DNA of 64,000 nucleotides, taken from positions 203,289 to 267,288 of the forward strand of contig CBINOO010000001.1 of NCBI GenBank assembly GCA_966252305.1, read 5' to 3'. Shown here piece after piece: positions 26,938 through 36,953 of this stretch. A model generated the notes under the pieces. That model ran no database searches, was not told where the DNA came from, and saw only the letters and a program-made list of their open reading frames with translations. The stretch comes from an uncultured Acidimicrobiia bacterium (GTDB lineage: Bacteria > Acidobacteriota > Vicinamibacteria > Vicinamibacterales > SCN-69-37). The translations under genes were made by a program, and so were the position numbers. Within the stretch, counting starts at the first letter, position 1. Each line of letters starts with the position of its first letter.

Positions 26938-28898
26938 CGCGTCATGCCGCCGCTGTGGCCGCCGGGCTGTATCTGGCTGCGGCACTGCTGATGACGTGGC
27001 CGCTGGCCCGCGTCATCACCCACGACATCGCCTGGGACCTCGGTGATCCACTCTTCAACAGCTGGGTGCTGCTCTGGACCGGCGGCCAGTTCCTGGCCTT
27101 TCTCAGCGGCGACTGGTCTGCCCTCGGCCGCCTCTGGCACGGCAACATCTTCCATCCTGAACGCCTGACGATCGCGTACTCCGAGCACCTGTTTCCGCAG
27201 ATGGTGCAGGCGCTGCCGATCCTCGCCGCCACCGACAACGTCGTCCTGGCCTACAACCTGCTGTTTCTCTCGACGTTCGTCTTGTGCGGGCTCGGGACCT
27301 TCCTCTTTGTCCGCACACTCACACACAACCCCGCTGCCGCATTTGTGGCGGGTCTCGCGTTTGCGTTTGCGCCCTATCGCATGGCGCAGCTCTCTCACCT
27401 GCAGGTGCTGTCCGTGCAGTGGATGCCGCTCGTCCTGTACGCCTACCGTCGTCACTTCGACACCGGCAGGCGTGCGCCGCTGATCTGGGGCTCGGTCGCG
27501 TTTGTCATCCAGAATCTGTCCTGCGGCTACTACCTGCTCTTTTTTGCGCCGTTCGTCGCTCTCTACGTCATCGTGGAGATGAGCGCGCGCGGACTGCTCG
27601 CCGACTGGCGCGTCTGGCGGCGCTGGCTGCTGGCGGGGGTGTCGGTGCTCATCGCCACGGCGCCGTTCCTGCGGCCGTACTTCGAAGTGCGCGAAGGCAC
27701 CAGCTCGGTCGGCGTGCGTGATGCGGGCGAAATCGCCAGGTACTCGGCTGATGTCCTCTCGCTGGGCACCGCCGCGCCCCACCTCTGGCTGTGGGGAGAT
27801 TCGGTCGCGGCGTTTCCAAAACCCGAAGGCGAGGGATTCCCGGGCTTCACCATCGTCTTGCTGGCACTGGCGGCTGGTGTCTTTGGCGTGCAATCAGCCT
27901 GGCGGCGCCACCGCGCCGAGACACCACACATACTTCCGCCCTGGCGCCAGGTCGCAGCAGGTTTCGTCGGCTTCCTCCTTATCGCGCATCTTGCCGCTTC
28001 ATTGAGTTACCTGATCACCGGTGGACTCTCGCTGCCCTATGACGATGCGTGGGTGGTGCACCGGGACGGGAGCGCCACCCTCGCGCGAACGGCAATCTTG
28101 TTGCCGCTCTGGTGGCTCATCAGTCCAGGCGCACGCCGGCTGTCGAGCGGAACTCCGGGATCGCTGGTGGGTTTTCTCTGGGTGTCGGCCCTGCTGGCTG
28201 TTCTGTTGGCGTTTGGCCCCGTCATCGCGACAGCCGGCCACCCGGTGGCAAGTGGCCCCTATGCGGTGCTGGTGAACGTCGTGCCTGGCTTTGACGGTGT
28301 GCGTGTGCCGGCGCGTTTTTTCATGTTGGTAGCGCTGTTTCTGGCAGCGCTGTCGGGATACGGACTCGCAGCAGCTTCGCAGCGGTGGCCACGCGCGAAG
28401 GTGCCGCTGGTCATCGTCGTATCCGCCCTGATCCTCCTTGAGTCGTGGCCGGGGCCGTTCCAAACAAACGTGCGGTTGGCGGCTGAAGGACTCCTGCCAA
28501 CACCTCGAGTGCTCGAATCCGGTCGCTCGCTCTCGCCGATCTACGACTACCTTCGAGACGAAACCGAGCCGCTGATCGTCATCGAATTCCCGTTTGGCGC
28601 GCCGGCATGGGATCTGTTTTCGGTCTACTACGCCGGGTATCACAGGCGTCCGCTTGTGAACGGCTACTCGGGATTTTTCCCGGACAGTCAGCAGCGCAAT
28701 ATCCGGGTGTTCCGGCTCGTCGGCCGTGACCCCGATGCCGCCTGGCGTGGGCTCATCGGCACCGGCGCGACACATGCCGTCGTGCACGAGGACGCGTTCA
28801 TCGGAAGCCAGAAGGACATCTACAGCCGGTGGCTGCTCTCCTACGGCGCCAGAGAGATCATGAACGACGGACCGATGCGCCTGTTCCGCATCCGGTAG
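26934..28898 (+). CDS. large polytopic membrane protein, possible GT-C-type glycosyltransferase partner of the GT2
   Basis: ATGA overlap with the GT2 gene. 654 aa: many hydrophobic helices over the first ~470 aa, then a soluble C-terminal domain. No motif I can name with certainty. Confidence 0.5.
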   Translation: MTRHAAAVAAGLYLAAALLMTWPLARVITHDIAWDLGDPLFNSWVLLWTGGQFLAFLSGDWSALGRLWHGNIFHPERLTIAYSEHLFPQMVQALPILAATDNVVLAYNLLFLSTFVLCGLGTFLFVRTLTHNPAAAFVAGLAFAFAPYRMAQLSHLQVLSVQWMPLVLYAYRRHFDTGRRAPLIWGSVAFVIQNLSCGYYLLFFAPFVALYVIVEMSARGLLADWRVWRRWLLAGVSVLIATAPFLRPYFEVREGTSSVGVRDAGEIARYSADVLSLGTAAPHLWLWGDSVAAFPKPEGEGFPGFTIVLLALAAGVFGVQSAWRRHRAETPHILPPWRQVAAGFVGFLLIAHLAASLSYLITGGLSLPYDDAWVVHRDGSATLARTAILLPLWWLISPGARRLSSGTPGSLVGFLWVSALLAVLLAFGPVIATAGHPVASGPYAVLVNVVPGFDGVRVPARFFMLVALFLAALSGYGLAAASQRWPRAKVPLVIVVSALILLESWPGPFQTNVRLAAEGLLPTPRVLESGRSLSPIYDYLRDETEPLIVIEFPFGAPAWDLFSVYYAGYHRRPLVNGYSGFFPDSQQRNIRVFRLVGRDPDAAWRGLIGTGATHAVVHEDAFIGSQKDIYSRWLLSYGAREIMNDGPMRLFRIR

Positions 28899-28907
28899 AC
28901 TGGCGTC

Positions 28908-30074
28908 ATGCCCGAGGATCGGCGAAGCGGTCCGGAACGGTTCTTCGACGAATACACCCGGGGATTCGACCGTACCGAATTCCAGCGACTGTTCACGCGC
29001 GACACCGCAGACACGTGGCGGTACTTTTCCCGGGGCATCGATCATCAGGCGCTCGCCAAGGAGCCCTGGTACCGGCGCTGGGCCATACACGGCCGTCTCT
29101 TTCTCAAAGCGTTTGCGATGCGGCTGTCTCCGGGACGCCGCGTGTTGTACGGCTTTGCCGTCGTCGCCCTGCTGTTCGGTCTGCTGGATCTGTTTGCCGG
29201 ATTGGGTCCGGTGCACGTTCTTCTGTTTCCCTTTGACGTCACCTTCTGGCTTCCCCAGTGGGAAGAAGGCACGTCGTGGATGATCCTCGCGTTCGTCGCG
29301 ATTCACCTGCTGGTGCTGATGGAGGTGGCCGACAGGCTGTCGCTCAAGAGCGATCTCGAGATCGCGCGCGACATCCAGATCGCGATGTTGCCGCGCGGAC
29401 AACACGCCACGGGCGATGCGCGAGTCTTCGGCACGACGCGCCCGGCAAACACGGTTGGTGGTGACTTCTATGATGTGTTGCCGCTGACTGACGGGCGCCT
29501 CATGGTGGCCATCGGTGACGTCGCCGGCAAGGGGAGTCCCGCCGCGCTGCTGATGGCGTTGCTGCTTGCCATGCTGCGCACCCTCGTCGATGAGGGTCTC
29601 GACGCAAAACGCCTGATGACCCGCTTGAACGTGCAAATCTGCAGGCACAGTCCCGGCTCGCGTTTCATCACGTTTTTCTACGGCTTGTACGACCCCGCAA
29701 CCGGCGCGCTTGAGTTCGTCAACGCCGGTCATCTGCCGCCGATGATTCGTCGCGGGTCGGGCGCGCTCGAACGCCTCGAGGGCGGCGGCATGGCGCTGGG
29801 GATGTTCGAACACGCCACGTTCGAGTCGCATCACGCGGTGATCGATCCGGGGGACGCACTCGTGTTGTTCACCGACGGCATTACCGAAGCGGAAAACCGC
29901 GCGGGCCGCGCGTTTGAAGACGACGGCCTTGCGCAGATCCTGCGGCACCGCCAGGACGAACGGGATCCCGAAGCGCTCGCTCGGGCCGTCATCAGCGCGG
30001 TCGAAGCACATGCCGGCGACTTGCGGCTCACTGACGACCTCACCATTGCGGTGCTCAGCAGGAGCGCCGCATGA
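28908..30074 (+). CDS. membrane-anchored SpoIIE/PP2C-family protein phosphatase
   Basis: N-terminal hydrophobic helices, then ANTVGGDFYDVLPL, VAIGDVAGKGSPAALLMA, FTDGITEA and DDLTIAVL (SpoIIE-type PP2C motifs). Confidence 0.8.
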   Translation: MPEDRRSGPERFFDEYTRGFDRTEFQRLFTRDTADTWRYFSRGIDHQALAKEPWYRRWAIHGRLFLKAFAMRLSPGRRVLYGFAVVALLFGLLDLFAGLGPVHVLLFPFDVTFWLPQWEEGTSWMILAFVAIHLLVLMEVADRLSLKSDLEIARDIQIAMLPRGQHATGDARVFGTTRPANTVGGDFYDVLPLTDGRLMVAIGDVAGKGSPAALLMALLLAMLRTLVDEGLDAKRLMTRLNVQICRHSPGSRFITFFYGLYDPATGALEFVNAGHLPPMIRRGSGALERLEGGGMALGMFEHATFESHHAVIDPGDALVLFTDGITEAENRAGRAFEDDGLAQILRHRQDERDPEALARAVISAVEAHAGDLRLTDDLTIAVLSRSAA

Positions 30075-32788
30075 GACGCGCGGCAAGTGCCATCGCCTGG
30101 GTGATCGCCCTCGCGGCGGCGGTCGCGGCCCAACAGTCCCAGGCCCCGCAGCGCCCCATGCAGGCCGACGGCATCGTCCGCCTGCTCGCGGAACTCGAAA
30201 ACGCAATGGCCGGCAACAACCCCGACGAATTCCGTCGGCTCACTGCGGGATCGATGCCGGCGGCAGAACAGGCGCAGTTTGTCGCCAACGCCTTCGGAGA
30301 AGGTCTGACCACGGCGTCCGTGCGTGAACGCGATCGCCGGCCCAGCGGTGACGGCTCACTGGTGCTGGTGGAAATGTTGACCGGTCGGGGGCGTCGAGGC
30401 CGTATCGCCACGTGGCAGCTGCTGCTCACACCGGACACAAACGGCGCCTACATGATTGCCGGCGCGACACCCGTGGCTGCCGTGGATGGCCTCGTGCAGG
30501 TCGAGTTGGACGCCACGCGGCAGTTCACCGTGCACGACCTCGTCGTGACCGCGCCTGGCCTGACGGTGCGGCTCGAATCGGGGAACGTGTTTCTCGCGAC
30601 GGTTGATGACGGCCCGACAGGGCTCATCTTTCGAGGCAAGGGCACCCTGCAGTTCACGCCGCCTGATGCCGCCGAGCAGGTGCAGGTCCGCGCATTCAGC
30701 GGCAGGCCCACACTCGAATCGCAACTGGAAACGGTCTTCATCCGGCTCAGCCCGTATGAATGGAGCTCGCGAATCCCTGCAGGACACCTGACGCCTGTGG
30801 ACGTACACCCGGGCGATCTTGCACGGGCCCGGCAGCTGTTCGATCAGGTGGGACTTCGCAGCTACACGCTGAACCTCGGTGATCTCACCAGCGATCGGTG
30901 GTCGCTCCTGCCTCCGGCGGGTGACTCGTTGATTGAGCTCGGCACGCGAAAACACGGCAATCTCACGTACGTCCGCTCCGCCGACGATGCGGAGGACGTT
31001 TCCCTGTTCGACCGGCAACGTGGTCGCAACATCTCGGTCTATGCATCACCTGAACGCCTGCTGACGCGCGGCCCAGACTATTCGGAAGACGATGCGACGG
31101 CCTATGACGTGGAGCACTATGCCGTCGACGTCCGGCTCGATCCGGAGCGCGACTGGATCAGTGGACGAGGTTCGCTGCGCCTGCGCACGAAGGCCGAGGG
31201 CCTCGCGACACTCTCACTGAAACTGGCGGAATCGCTGGCGGTCTCGTCGATCTCGTCTCCCGAACTCGGGCGTGTGCTCGCGTTGCGCGTGCAGGGTCAA
31301 AGCGGAGTGCTCGTCAGTCTGCCCCGTGCCATGCCGCGCGGCAGCGTCATCGTGCTCGACGTGTACTACGCGGGCCGGCTTCCGCCGCAGGCGGTCGAAC
31401 GCGAGGCGATGACGGTTGACGCGGTCCCCCAGCTGCAGAGCGTGCCCGATCCGCGCGGACAGGACATCGTGATCCCGCCAGAGCCGCGGTTCCTCTACAG
31501 CAATCGCACCTACTGGTATCCACAGGCGACGGTCACGGACTTCGCGACCGCCGCCATCCAGGTGACCGTCCCGGCGCAGTTCCAGGTCGTGGCCAGCGGG
31601 AGCCTCATCAACTCGACCGTCACGCCCGTGCCCGAGGGTGAAGGTCGCAGCGGTGACTCGCGCGCCGAGCGCGTTGTGCAATTCCTCGCGGATCGGCCGC
31701 TCCGCTACATCGCCTGCATCGTCAGCCGGTTTGTGCCGGTGGGGAGCGTGCCCGTTCCCGTGCCGGGCGTGGCTGGACCACAGCTGACGATCGGCGCGAT
31801 GCCTGCTGCGGGGCAGCCGGCGGTGGTCGCCGTCGACGTCGTCGCCACACCGCGGTTGCTGCGATCCAACCGATCACTGCCCGAACGTGTGGCGGACATC
31901 CTGTCGTTCTTCGCCAACACGATTGGTGAAGCCCCGTATCCCAACATGACCGTGGCGACACTCGACGCGGAAGTGCCGAGTGGACACAGTCCCGCGTTTT
32001 TCGCCGTGTGGAATCAACCGACGCTGCCGACGACGTTGAGCTGGCGTGATGACCCGGTTGCGCTCAACGGGCATCAGTTCTTCTTTCTCGCGCACGAGAT
32101 TGCCCACCAGTGGTTTGGGCAGGCCATTGGGTGGAAGAACTACCACGAGCAGTGGCTGAGCGAGGGATTCGCGCAGTATTTCGCCGCGATGTATGCCGCC
32201 AGGGACCGTGGTGCGGAGACGGAGCGGCAACTGTTCAAGCAGATGCGCGACAGCGCCATGGAGTTGTCCAGACATGGCCCGGTCCACCTCGGCTACCGGC
32301 TCGGTCACATTCAGGGAGACGGCCGGATCTTCCGGGGCCTGGTCTACAACAAGTCCGCCGTGGCCCTGCACATGCTGCGGCGCATGATTGGTGACGAGGT
32401 GTTCGACCGCAGCGTCCGGCGTTTCTACCGGGAGCAGCGTTTCAGGAAGGCCGGCACCCGGGACCTGCAGGCGGCATTCGAGGCCGAGGCCGGGATCCCG
32501 CTCGACCGGTTTTTTGCCCGCTGGATTCTTGGATACACCCTCCCGGACGCCCGGCTGACCTGGCGCATGGATCCCGACGGCCGCCATGTCAGCATCCGGG
32601 TCGAACAGGCCGACGAGGTCTTTGACTTCCCCCTGACCGTCACCCTCCAATTCCGGGACGGGCATCCCGACCAGACCGTCACCCTGATGGTCACCAGCGC
32701 CGTGCATGAGGTGCGGATGCCGGTCCCGGCACAGGTCCGGCAGGTTGATCCGCGCGATGAACTGACTTTGGCAAACGTCCGGCGCTGA
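30071..32788 (+). CDS. M1 family metallopeptidase (aminopeptidase N-like), exported
   Basis: ATGA overlap with the SpoIIE gene. Signal peptide MRRAASAIAWVIALAAAVAAQQ. Gluzincin motif HEIAHQWFGQ...(18 aa)...WLSEGFAQY. Confidence 0.85.
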   Translation: MRRAASAIAWVIALAAAVAAQQSQAPQRPMQADGIVRLLAELENAMAGNNPDEFRRLTAGSMPAAEQAQFVANAFGEGLTTASVRERDRRPSGDGSLVLVEMLTGRGRRGRIATWQLLLTPDTNGAYMIAGATPVAAVDGLVQVELDATRQFTVHDLVVTAPGLTVRLESGNVFLATVDDGPTGLIFRGKGTLQFTPPDAAEQVQVRAFSGRPTLESQLETVFIRLSPYEWSSRIPAGHLTPVDVHPGDLARARQLFDQVGLRSYTLNLGDLTSDRWSLLPPAGDSLIELGTRKHGNLTYVRSADDAEDVSLFDRQRGRNISVYASPERLLTRGPDYSEDDATAYDVEHYAVDVRLDPERDWISGRGSLRLRTKAEGLATLSLKLAESLAVSSISSPELGRVLALRVQGQSGVLVSLPRAMPRGSVIVLDVYYAGRLPPQAVEREAMTVDAVPQLQSVPDPRGQDIVIPPEPRFLYSNRTYWYPQATVTDFATAAIQVTVPAQFQVVASGSLINSTVTPVPEGEGRSGDSRAERVVQFLADRPLRYIACIVSRFVPVGSVPVPVPGVAGPQLTIGAMPAAGQPAVVAVDVVATPRLLRSNRSLPERVADILSFFANTIGEAPYPNMTVATLDAEVPSGHSPAFFAVWNQPTLPTTLSWRDDPVALNGHQFFFLAHEIAHQWFGQAIGWKNYHEQWLSEGFAQYFAAMYAARDRGAETERQLFKQMRDSAMELSRHGPVHLGYRLGHIQGDGRIFRGLVYNKSAVALHMLRRMIGDEVFDRSVRRFYREQRFRKAGTRDLQAAFEAEAGIPLDRFFARWILGYTLPDARLTWRMDPDGRHVSIRVEQADEVFDFPLTVTLQFRDGHPDQTVTLMVTSAVHEVRMPVPAQVRQVDPRDELTLANVRR

Positions 32789-32803
32789 TAGAATTCAGGG
32801 GTT

Positions 32804-34573
32804 ATGGAAACGGTCACGCTCACCATTGACGGCCGGTCGGTCACGGTTCCCAAAGGCAAGACGGTGCTGGAAGCCATCATGGCCAGCGGCGGGCACGTCC
32901 CGTACTACTGTTATCACCCGGGTCTGGGCATCGACGCCTCCTGCCGCGTCTGCCTCGTCAAGATCGAGAAGATGCCGAAACTGCAGACGTCATGTTCGAC
33001 GCCGGCCGGTGAAGGCATGATCGTGACCACCAACACGCCGGATGTCGAGGCCGCGCGCGCATCGGTGTTCGAGTTCCTGCTGGTCAATCACCCGTTGGAT
33101 TGTCCCGTCTGCGACAAGGGCGGCGAATGCCCGCTGCAGGACTACTCCTACACCTACGGCAACGAGCGCAGCCGCATGGACTTCCCGCGCCGCACGTTCG
33201 ACGGGGAGGGCGTGAAGGCCGACGTCGACTTTGGCCCGACGCTGATGCTCAACCGCAACCGGTGCATCATGTGCACCCGCTGCGTCCGCTTCATGGAAGA
33301 AGTCGACGGCGACGCGCAGATCGGTGTGTTCCAGCGCGGGGTGCACAGCGAGATTGCGACGTTTGAAGAGAAGGGTGTCGTGTCGCTGCTGTCGGGCAAC
33401 CTGATGGACGTCTGCCCGGTGGGTGCCATTACGACGCGGGACTACCGTTTCAAGTCGCGACCGTGGGACAACCCCATGGCCGTCGACACGATCTGCACGA
33501 GCTGCGAGAAGGGCTGCAACGTCACGGCGTGGATCAAGGCCAAGCCGGAGTGGGCCAAGGGCGCGCAGTTGATCCGCCTCACGCCGCGGTTCAACCCGGA
33601 CGTGAACCAGTACTGGATGTGTGACATCGGCCGCTTCGACTATCACTGGATCGAAGGCGACCGTCGTCTGCGCCAGCCGATGCGGCGCACGGCGCAGGGC
33701 CTGGATGCATTGCCGTGGGCCGATGCCCTCGTGTCGGTGAAGGCCTCGGTCGACACGGCCGGCGCGGCGCACTCCCGCGTGCTGGTCTCGGGTCACGCCT
33801 CGCTTGAAGAGCTCTACATGCTCAAGCAGTTCGCCGGCCTCACGGGTGGTGTGACCTTCAGCTGGCGCCATCGCCCGAAGCCGCAGCCGGCCAACACCAA
33901 GTTCCCGATCCCGGCCGTTGATGCGCCGAACCTGCGGGGCGCGCGCGATCTCGGCTTCAAGCTCCCCTCAATCGACGGACCGGCCGACGTGACGGGCCTG
34001 CGCGCGGCAGTCGACACGGGCGCCGTGTCGCTCCTGTATGTGATCGACAACGGCCCTGACGGGTCGCTCGGAGATACGGACTGGATCGTTGCCGCCCGGC
34101 AGTCCGGCAGACTCAAGACGCTCATCGTGCAGGGCGTGCTCAAGTCGGCGCTCACTGAGGCGGCTGACCTGGTGCTCCCCGGCTCCGCGTTTGTGGAGAA
34201 GGACGCCACCTACACCAACGGCACCGGCCAGGTGCAACCGGTGTCGCGCGTCATTCCGCCGCCCGGAGATGCGGCTGAAGACTGGCAGATCCTCTCGAAG
34301 ATCGCCGTCGCGTTTGGCGCTACGGTGGAACTCACCACGGCCAGTGCGATCCGTGCCGCCCTCGCCAGCGAACTCGGCGCGATCAACGGGTACGCCGCCC
34401 TGGCCGAGATGGCATTTTCGCGCCCGGTGTCGGCACGCCAGTATCTGCAGGCGTCCAATCCGATGGAGCGCGGCAAGTGGGATTCGCTGTTCCAGGACCT
34501 GCCGCCGGTCAAGTTTGGTGGCGAGTTCGGTCCGATCCCACGCGCCGACGTCATCCCCCTGCGCCCGGTCTAG
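32804..34573 (+). CDS. NADH-quinone oxidoreductase subunit G-like Fe-S / molybdopterin-fold protein
   Basis: 2Fe-2S context CYHPGLGIDASCRVCLVKIE. 4Fe-4S contexts HPLDCPVCDKGGECPLQD, CIMCTRCVRF and DVCPVGAIT, then a molybdopterin-oxidoreductase-like C-terminal region. No other nuo genes lie nearby. Confidence 0.75.
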   Translation: METVTLTIDGRSVTVPKGKTVLEAIMASGGHVPYYCYHPGLGIDASCRVCLVKIEKMPKLQTSCSTPAGEGMIVTTNTPDVEAARASVFEFLLVNHPLDCPVCDKGGECPLQDYSYTYGNERSRMDFPRRTFDGEGVKADVDFGPTLMLNRNRCIMCTRCVRFMEEVDGDAQIGVFQRGVHSEIATFEEKGVVSLLSGNLMDVCPVGAITTRDYRFKSRPWDNPMAVDTICTSCEKGCNVTAWIKAKPEWAKGAQLIRLTPRFNPDVNQYWMCDIGRFDYHWIEGDRRLRQPMRRTAQGLDALPWADALVSVKASVDTAGAAHSRVLVSGHASLEELYMLKQFAGLTGGVTFSWRHRPKPQPANTKFPIPAVDAPNLRGARDLGFKLPSIDGPADVTGLRAAVDTGAVSLLYVIDNGPDGSLGDTDWIVAARQSGRLKTLIVQGVLKSALTEAADLVLPGSAFVEKDATYTNGTGQVQPVSRVIPPPGDAAEDWQILSKIAVAFGATVELTTASAIRAALASELGAINGYAALAEMAFSRPVSARQYLQASNPMERGKWDSLFQDLPPVKFGGEFGPIPRADVIPLRPV

Positions 34574-34579
34574 AGCCCG

Positions 34580-35479
34580 TCACACCGCAGGAACTCTGAC
34601 GGCCAGGGCGCCCGGGTCAACGCTGACACGGGCGGGCGACGGCACGCGCCACACCTCGCCATCAAGATGGACCAGCAGATTGTCGGCGGCCACGGTGGCG
34701 CTGCGTACGCGGAATCGGCTCAGTCCGCCGGCCGGCGCCAACGGACGCCAGTAGAGGCGTCGGGCTCGCCAGATCTGCCGCCACGGGGTGTCGCCGTTGG
34801 CGATCAACACATCGAGTAAGCCGTCGCGCGGGTCGGCATGGGGCGCCAGGGTGGCGCCATTGCCGTATTGAGGGGCGTTGGCAAACCCCACGAGGAAACG
34901 CGGCCCTTCCTGCGGTGGATGTCCTTCGAGCTCAATCGTGTAGTTCAGCGGTCGATACCGCCAGACCAGTCGGGCCGCGTTGGAAAAGTATCCGAACGGG
35001 CCACGCACCGCTCCACGCGAAAACACCTCGCCGACGGCCGCGTCGAATCCAAACCCGGCGACATTGAGAAAGATCCGATCGTTGACGCGCCCCACGTCCA
35101 TGCGGACCGTGCGTCCGTCGATCGCCGCGAAGAGGGCCGACTCACGTGATCGCGGAACGCCCAGGCCCAGCGCGAGGCCGTCGCCCGATCCACACGGCAC
35201 AACCGCCAGGGCCGCCGGGCTGCCAATCAGGGCCTGGCCGACTTCATTGACGGTCCCGTCACCACCCATGGCGGCGACGACATCACACCCCTCGTCCACA
35301 CATTTCAGCGCCAGGTCGCGCGCGCGTCCGGGCGCGTCGGTGACATGCACGCGCACATCGAGAGATCGGCGCCGCGCAACGTCACGAACCAATGTCGCGC
35401 GACGCTCGGCCTCTCCCTGACGGTGACCGTGGCGCCCGGAGATCGGATTGATGACGACTCCCAGTCGCGTGGGCTTCAT
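34580..35479 (-). CDS. diacylglycerol kinase-family lipid kinase (YegS/BmrU-like)
   Basis: ORF trimmed to ATG 35477-35479 (MKPTRLGVVINPISG). The GGDGTVNEV motif is present. Confidence 0.8.
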   Translation of the reverse strand: MKPTRLGVVINPISGRHGHRQGEAERRATLVRDVARRRSLDVRVHVTDAPGRARDLALKCVDEGCDVVAAMGGDGTVNEVGQALIGSPAALAVVPCGSGDGLALGLGVPRSRESALFAAIDGRTVRMDVGRVNDRIFLNVAGFGFDAAVGEVFSRGAVRGPFGYFSNAARLVWRYRPLNYTIELEGHPPQEGPRFLVGFANAPQYGNGATLAPHADPRDGLLDVLIANGDTPWRQIWRARRLYWRPLAPAGGLSRFRVRSATVAADNLLVHLDGEVWRVPSPARVSVDPGALAVRVPAV

Positions 35480-35504
35480 GACAGCGGTGTTATAGTAACG
35501 TTCC

Positions 35505-36665
35505 ATGCCGAACTCACGTCGCGGCCTGGTGCTTCTGCTGATTGCCGTTCTGATGATCGGTGGAGCGACATGGCTGACGTGGCGATTCGAACAACAGGCC
35601 AACAGCCTGCGCGCCGACGCCGACCGCCTCTCCCGCCAATACAGCGCCCTTGAAGTTGCGATTGCCGACTTGCGTGCGGCGCAGGCCGGTTACGTTGCCA
35701 TCGGCCAGGGCTCGGACTTCTGGATGCAGCGCGTCGACGAGCTCACCCTGCAGCTCGAGCAGCTGCTGGGTGAGCGTCGCCGAGTGGCGGCCGCCGGTGC
35801 GGAGACACCGCTGGCGTCTGCCCTCACGCTGGTAGAGGCACTCCGGACGTCCGATGCCCGTGCACGACGTTATGTCGGCAACGACCAGCGCCTGATGGCG
35901 TCCGACGTGGTCTACGTCGAGAGCCTCGACATCCTCAACCGGATCAACACGGAAGTCACGACCGCCCGCGAAGTGGACATGTCCGCTTCATCGACGGCGG
36001 CTCTGACCATCCGCAGAAACCAGGCGGCAGCCGCAGCCGGGCTGGCACTTGTGCTCCTGGTCCTGCTGGTCGTTGCTGCCCGTCCGGCTGGCGCCGATGC
36101 TGTCGACACGGCCGGTGTCTCGATTGCTCCAGCTCCAGACGTGCCGGCTCGATCAACCACCGTGCCGGCCCAGCCGCCGGTGACGCCGGCTGCTGCCCCG
36201 GTCGCACTCGATGCGGCCGCCGACGTGTGCGTGGATATCGCTCGACTGCTGGACGGAAGAGACCTGCCCGGCATCCTGACACGCGCCGCCGGAGCCCTCC
36301 AGGCACGCGGCCTGGTCCTGTGGGTCATCAACGAGTCAGCCGACTCGCTGCGCCCGACCCTGGCCCACGGGTACTCGGAGCGCACGATGCAGAAACTGGG
36401 CACGCTGGCCGTGACGGCCGACAACGTCACCGCGTTGGCCTGCCGGTCGCTGCAGCCCCAGAGCCTGCCCGGCGCCCTGGCCGTCCCGCTCATCGGCACC
36501 AGCGGCTGTGTGGGGGTGCTCGCCGCTGAAGTCTCCGCAGCAAACTCGACGACCCTGCCCATCGCGCGACTCATCGCCGCCCAGCTGGCGTCAGTCATCA
36601 CGCCCCTGCCGGTCGCCGGCGCTGCCGCCGACACACCGGCTGAGTCCGCAGCCGGCGGACTGTAA
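35505..36665 (+). CDS. membrane sensor-like protein: TM, helical extracytoplasmic domain, TM, Ala/Pro-rich linker, GAF-like C-terminus, no output domain
   Basis: TM helices LVLLLIAVLMIGGATWLTW and AAAAAGLALVLLVLLVVAA flank ~150 aa of helical sequence. The C-terminal ~150 aa (LVLWVINESADSLRPTLAHGY...AVPLIGTSGCVGVLAAEV) looks like a GAF domain. Architecture called by eye. Confidence 0.5.
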   Translation: MPNSRRGLVLLLIAVLMIGGATWLTWRFEQQANSLRADADRLSRQYSALEVAIADLRAAQAGYVAIGQGSDFWMQRVDELTLQLEQLLGERRRVAAAGAETPLASALTLVEALRTSDARARRYVGNDQRLMASDVVYVESLDILNRINTEVTTAREVDMSASSTAALTIRRNQAAAAAGLALVLLVLLVVAARPAGADAVDTAGVSIAPAPDVPARSTTVPAQPPVTPAAAPVALDAAADVCVDIARLLDGRDLPGILTRAAGALQARGLVLWVINESADSLRPTLAHGYSERTMQKLGTLAVTADNVTALACRSLQPQSLPGALAVPLIGTSGCVGVLAAEVSAANSTTLPIARLIAAQLASVITPLPVAGAAADTPAESAAGGL

Positions 36666-36809
36666 CGTCACTGGCGCCTTCAGAGGTCAGCCACCGGTGT
36701 CAGATGACACCGCTATCGTCCACTCAGTAAGTCAGTTCCCTGGAACACGTGGTGTTTTGCTGCCGAAGACCGCGTCGGCAGACGGCACGAGTCTTGATTA
36801 AGGCAGTGT

Positions 36810-36940
36810 GTGAAGCCGCCCGACATCACGTGGGGTGTGTCTATCAGTTCCGGGGTTTGCGCCTCGGAACATTAACGACAGGCAGGCGCTGGCATCGCAA
36901 ACATCCCGCGGCACGTGGGCTGATGGCCGGGCGGCTTCAC
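36810..36940. other. candidate structured RNA or palindromic element closed by a 13-bp perfect inverted repeat
   Basis: Arms 36810-36822 (GTGAAGCCGCCCG) and 36928-36940 (CGGGCGGCTTCAC). Internal 9-bp hairpin 36847-36855 / 36862-36870. It lies in a 288-bp gene-free spacer between convergent genes. Confidence 0.3.
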
Positions 36941-36953
36941 TCTTCCACCACGC

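Noticed and set aside
27999-30206. 735-aa minus-strand ORF (also 26907..27893 on the minus strand)
   Set aside because: It is antisense to the large membrane protein and the SpoIIE phosphatase, both of which have coherent hydrophobic helices or motifs. The minus-strand translation is Arg/His/Gln/Asp-rich with no domain signature.
35504-35507. CATG shared by two divergent start codons (lipid kinase Met33 and the TM-GAF gene)
   Set aside because: The lipid kinase more plausibly starts at ATG 35477-35479 (MKPTRLGVVINPISG matches the family N-terminus), leaving a 25-nt spacer.
36666-36953. The spacer as a tRNA, tmRNA, SRP RNA or known riboswitch
   Set aside because: I could find no cloverleaf, no tag-peptide reading frame or conserved SRP/tmRNA motifs, and both flanking genes end rather than start here. 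It is kept only as an unclassified structured element.
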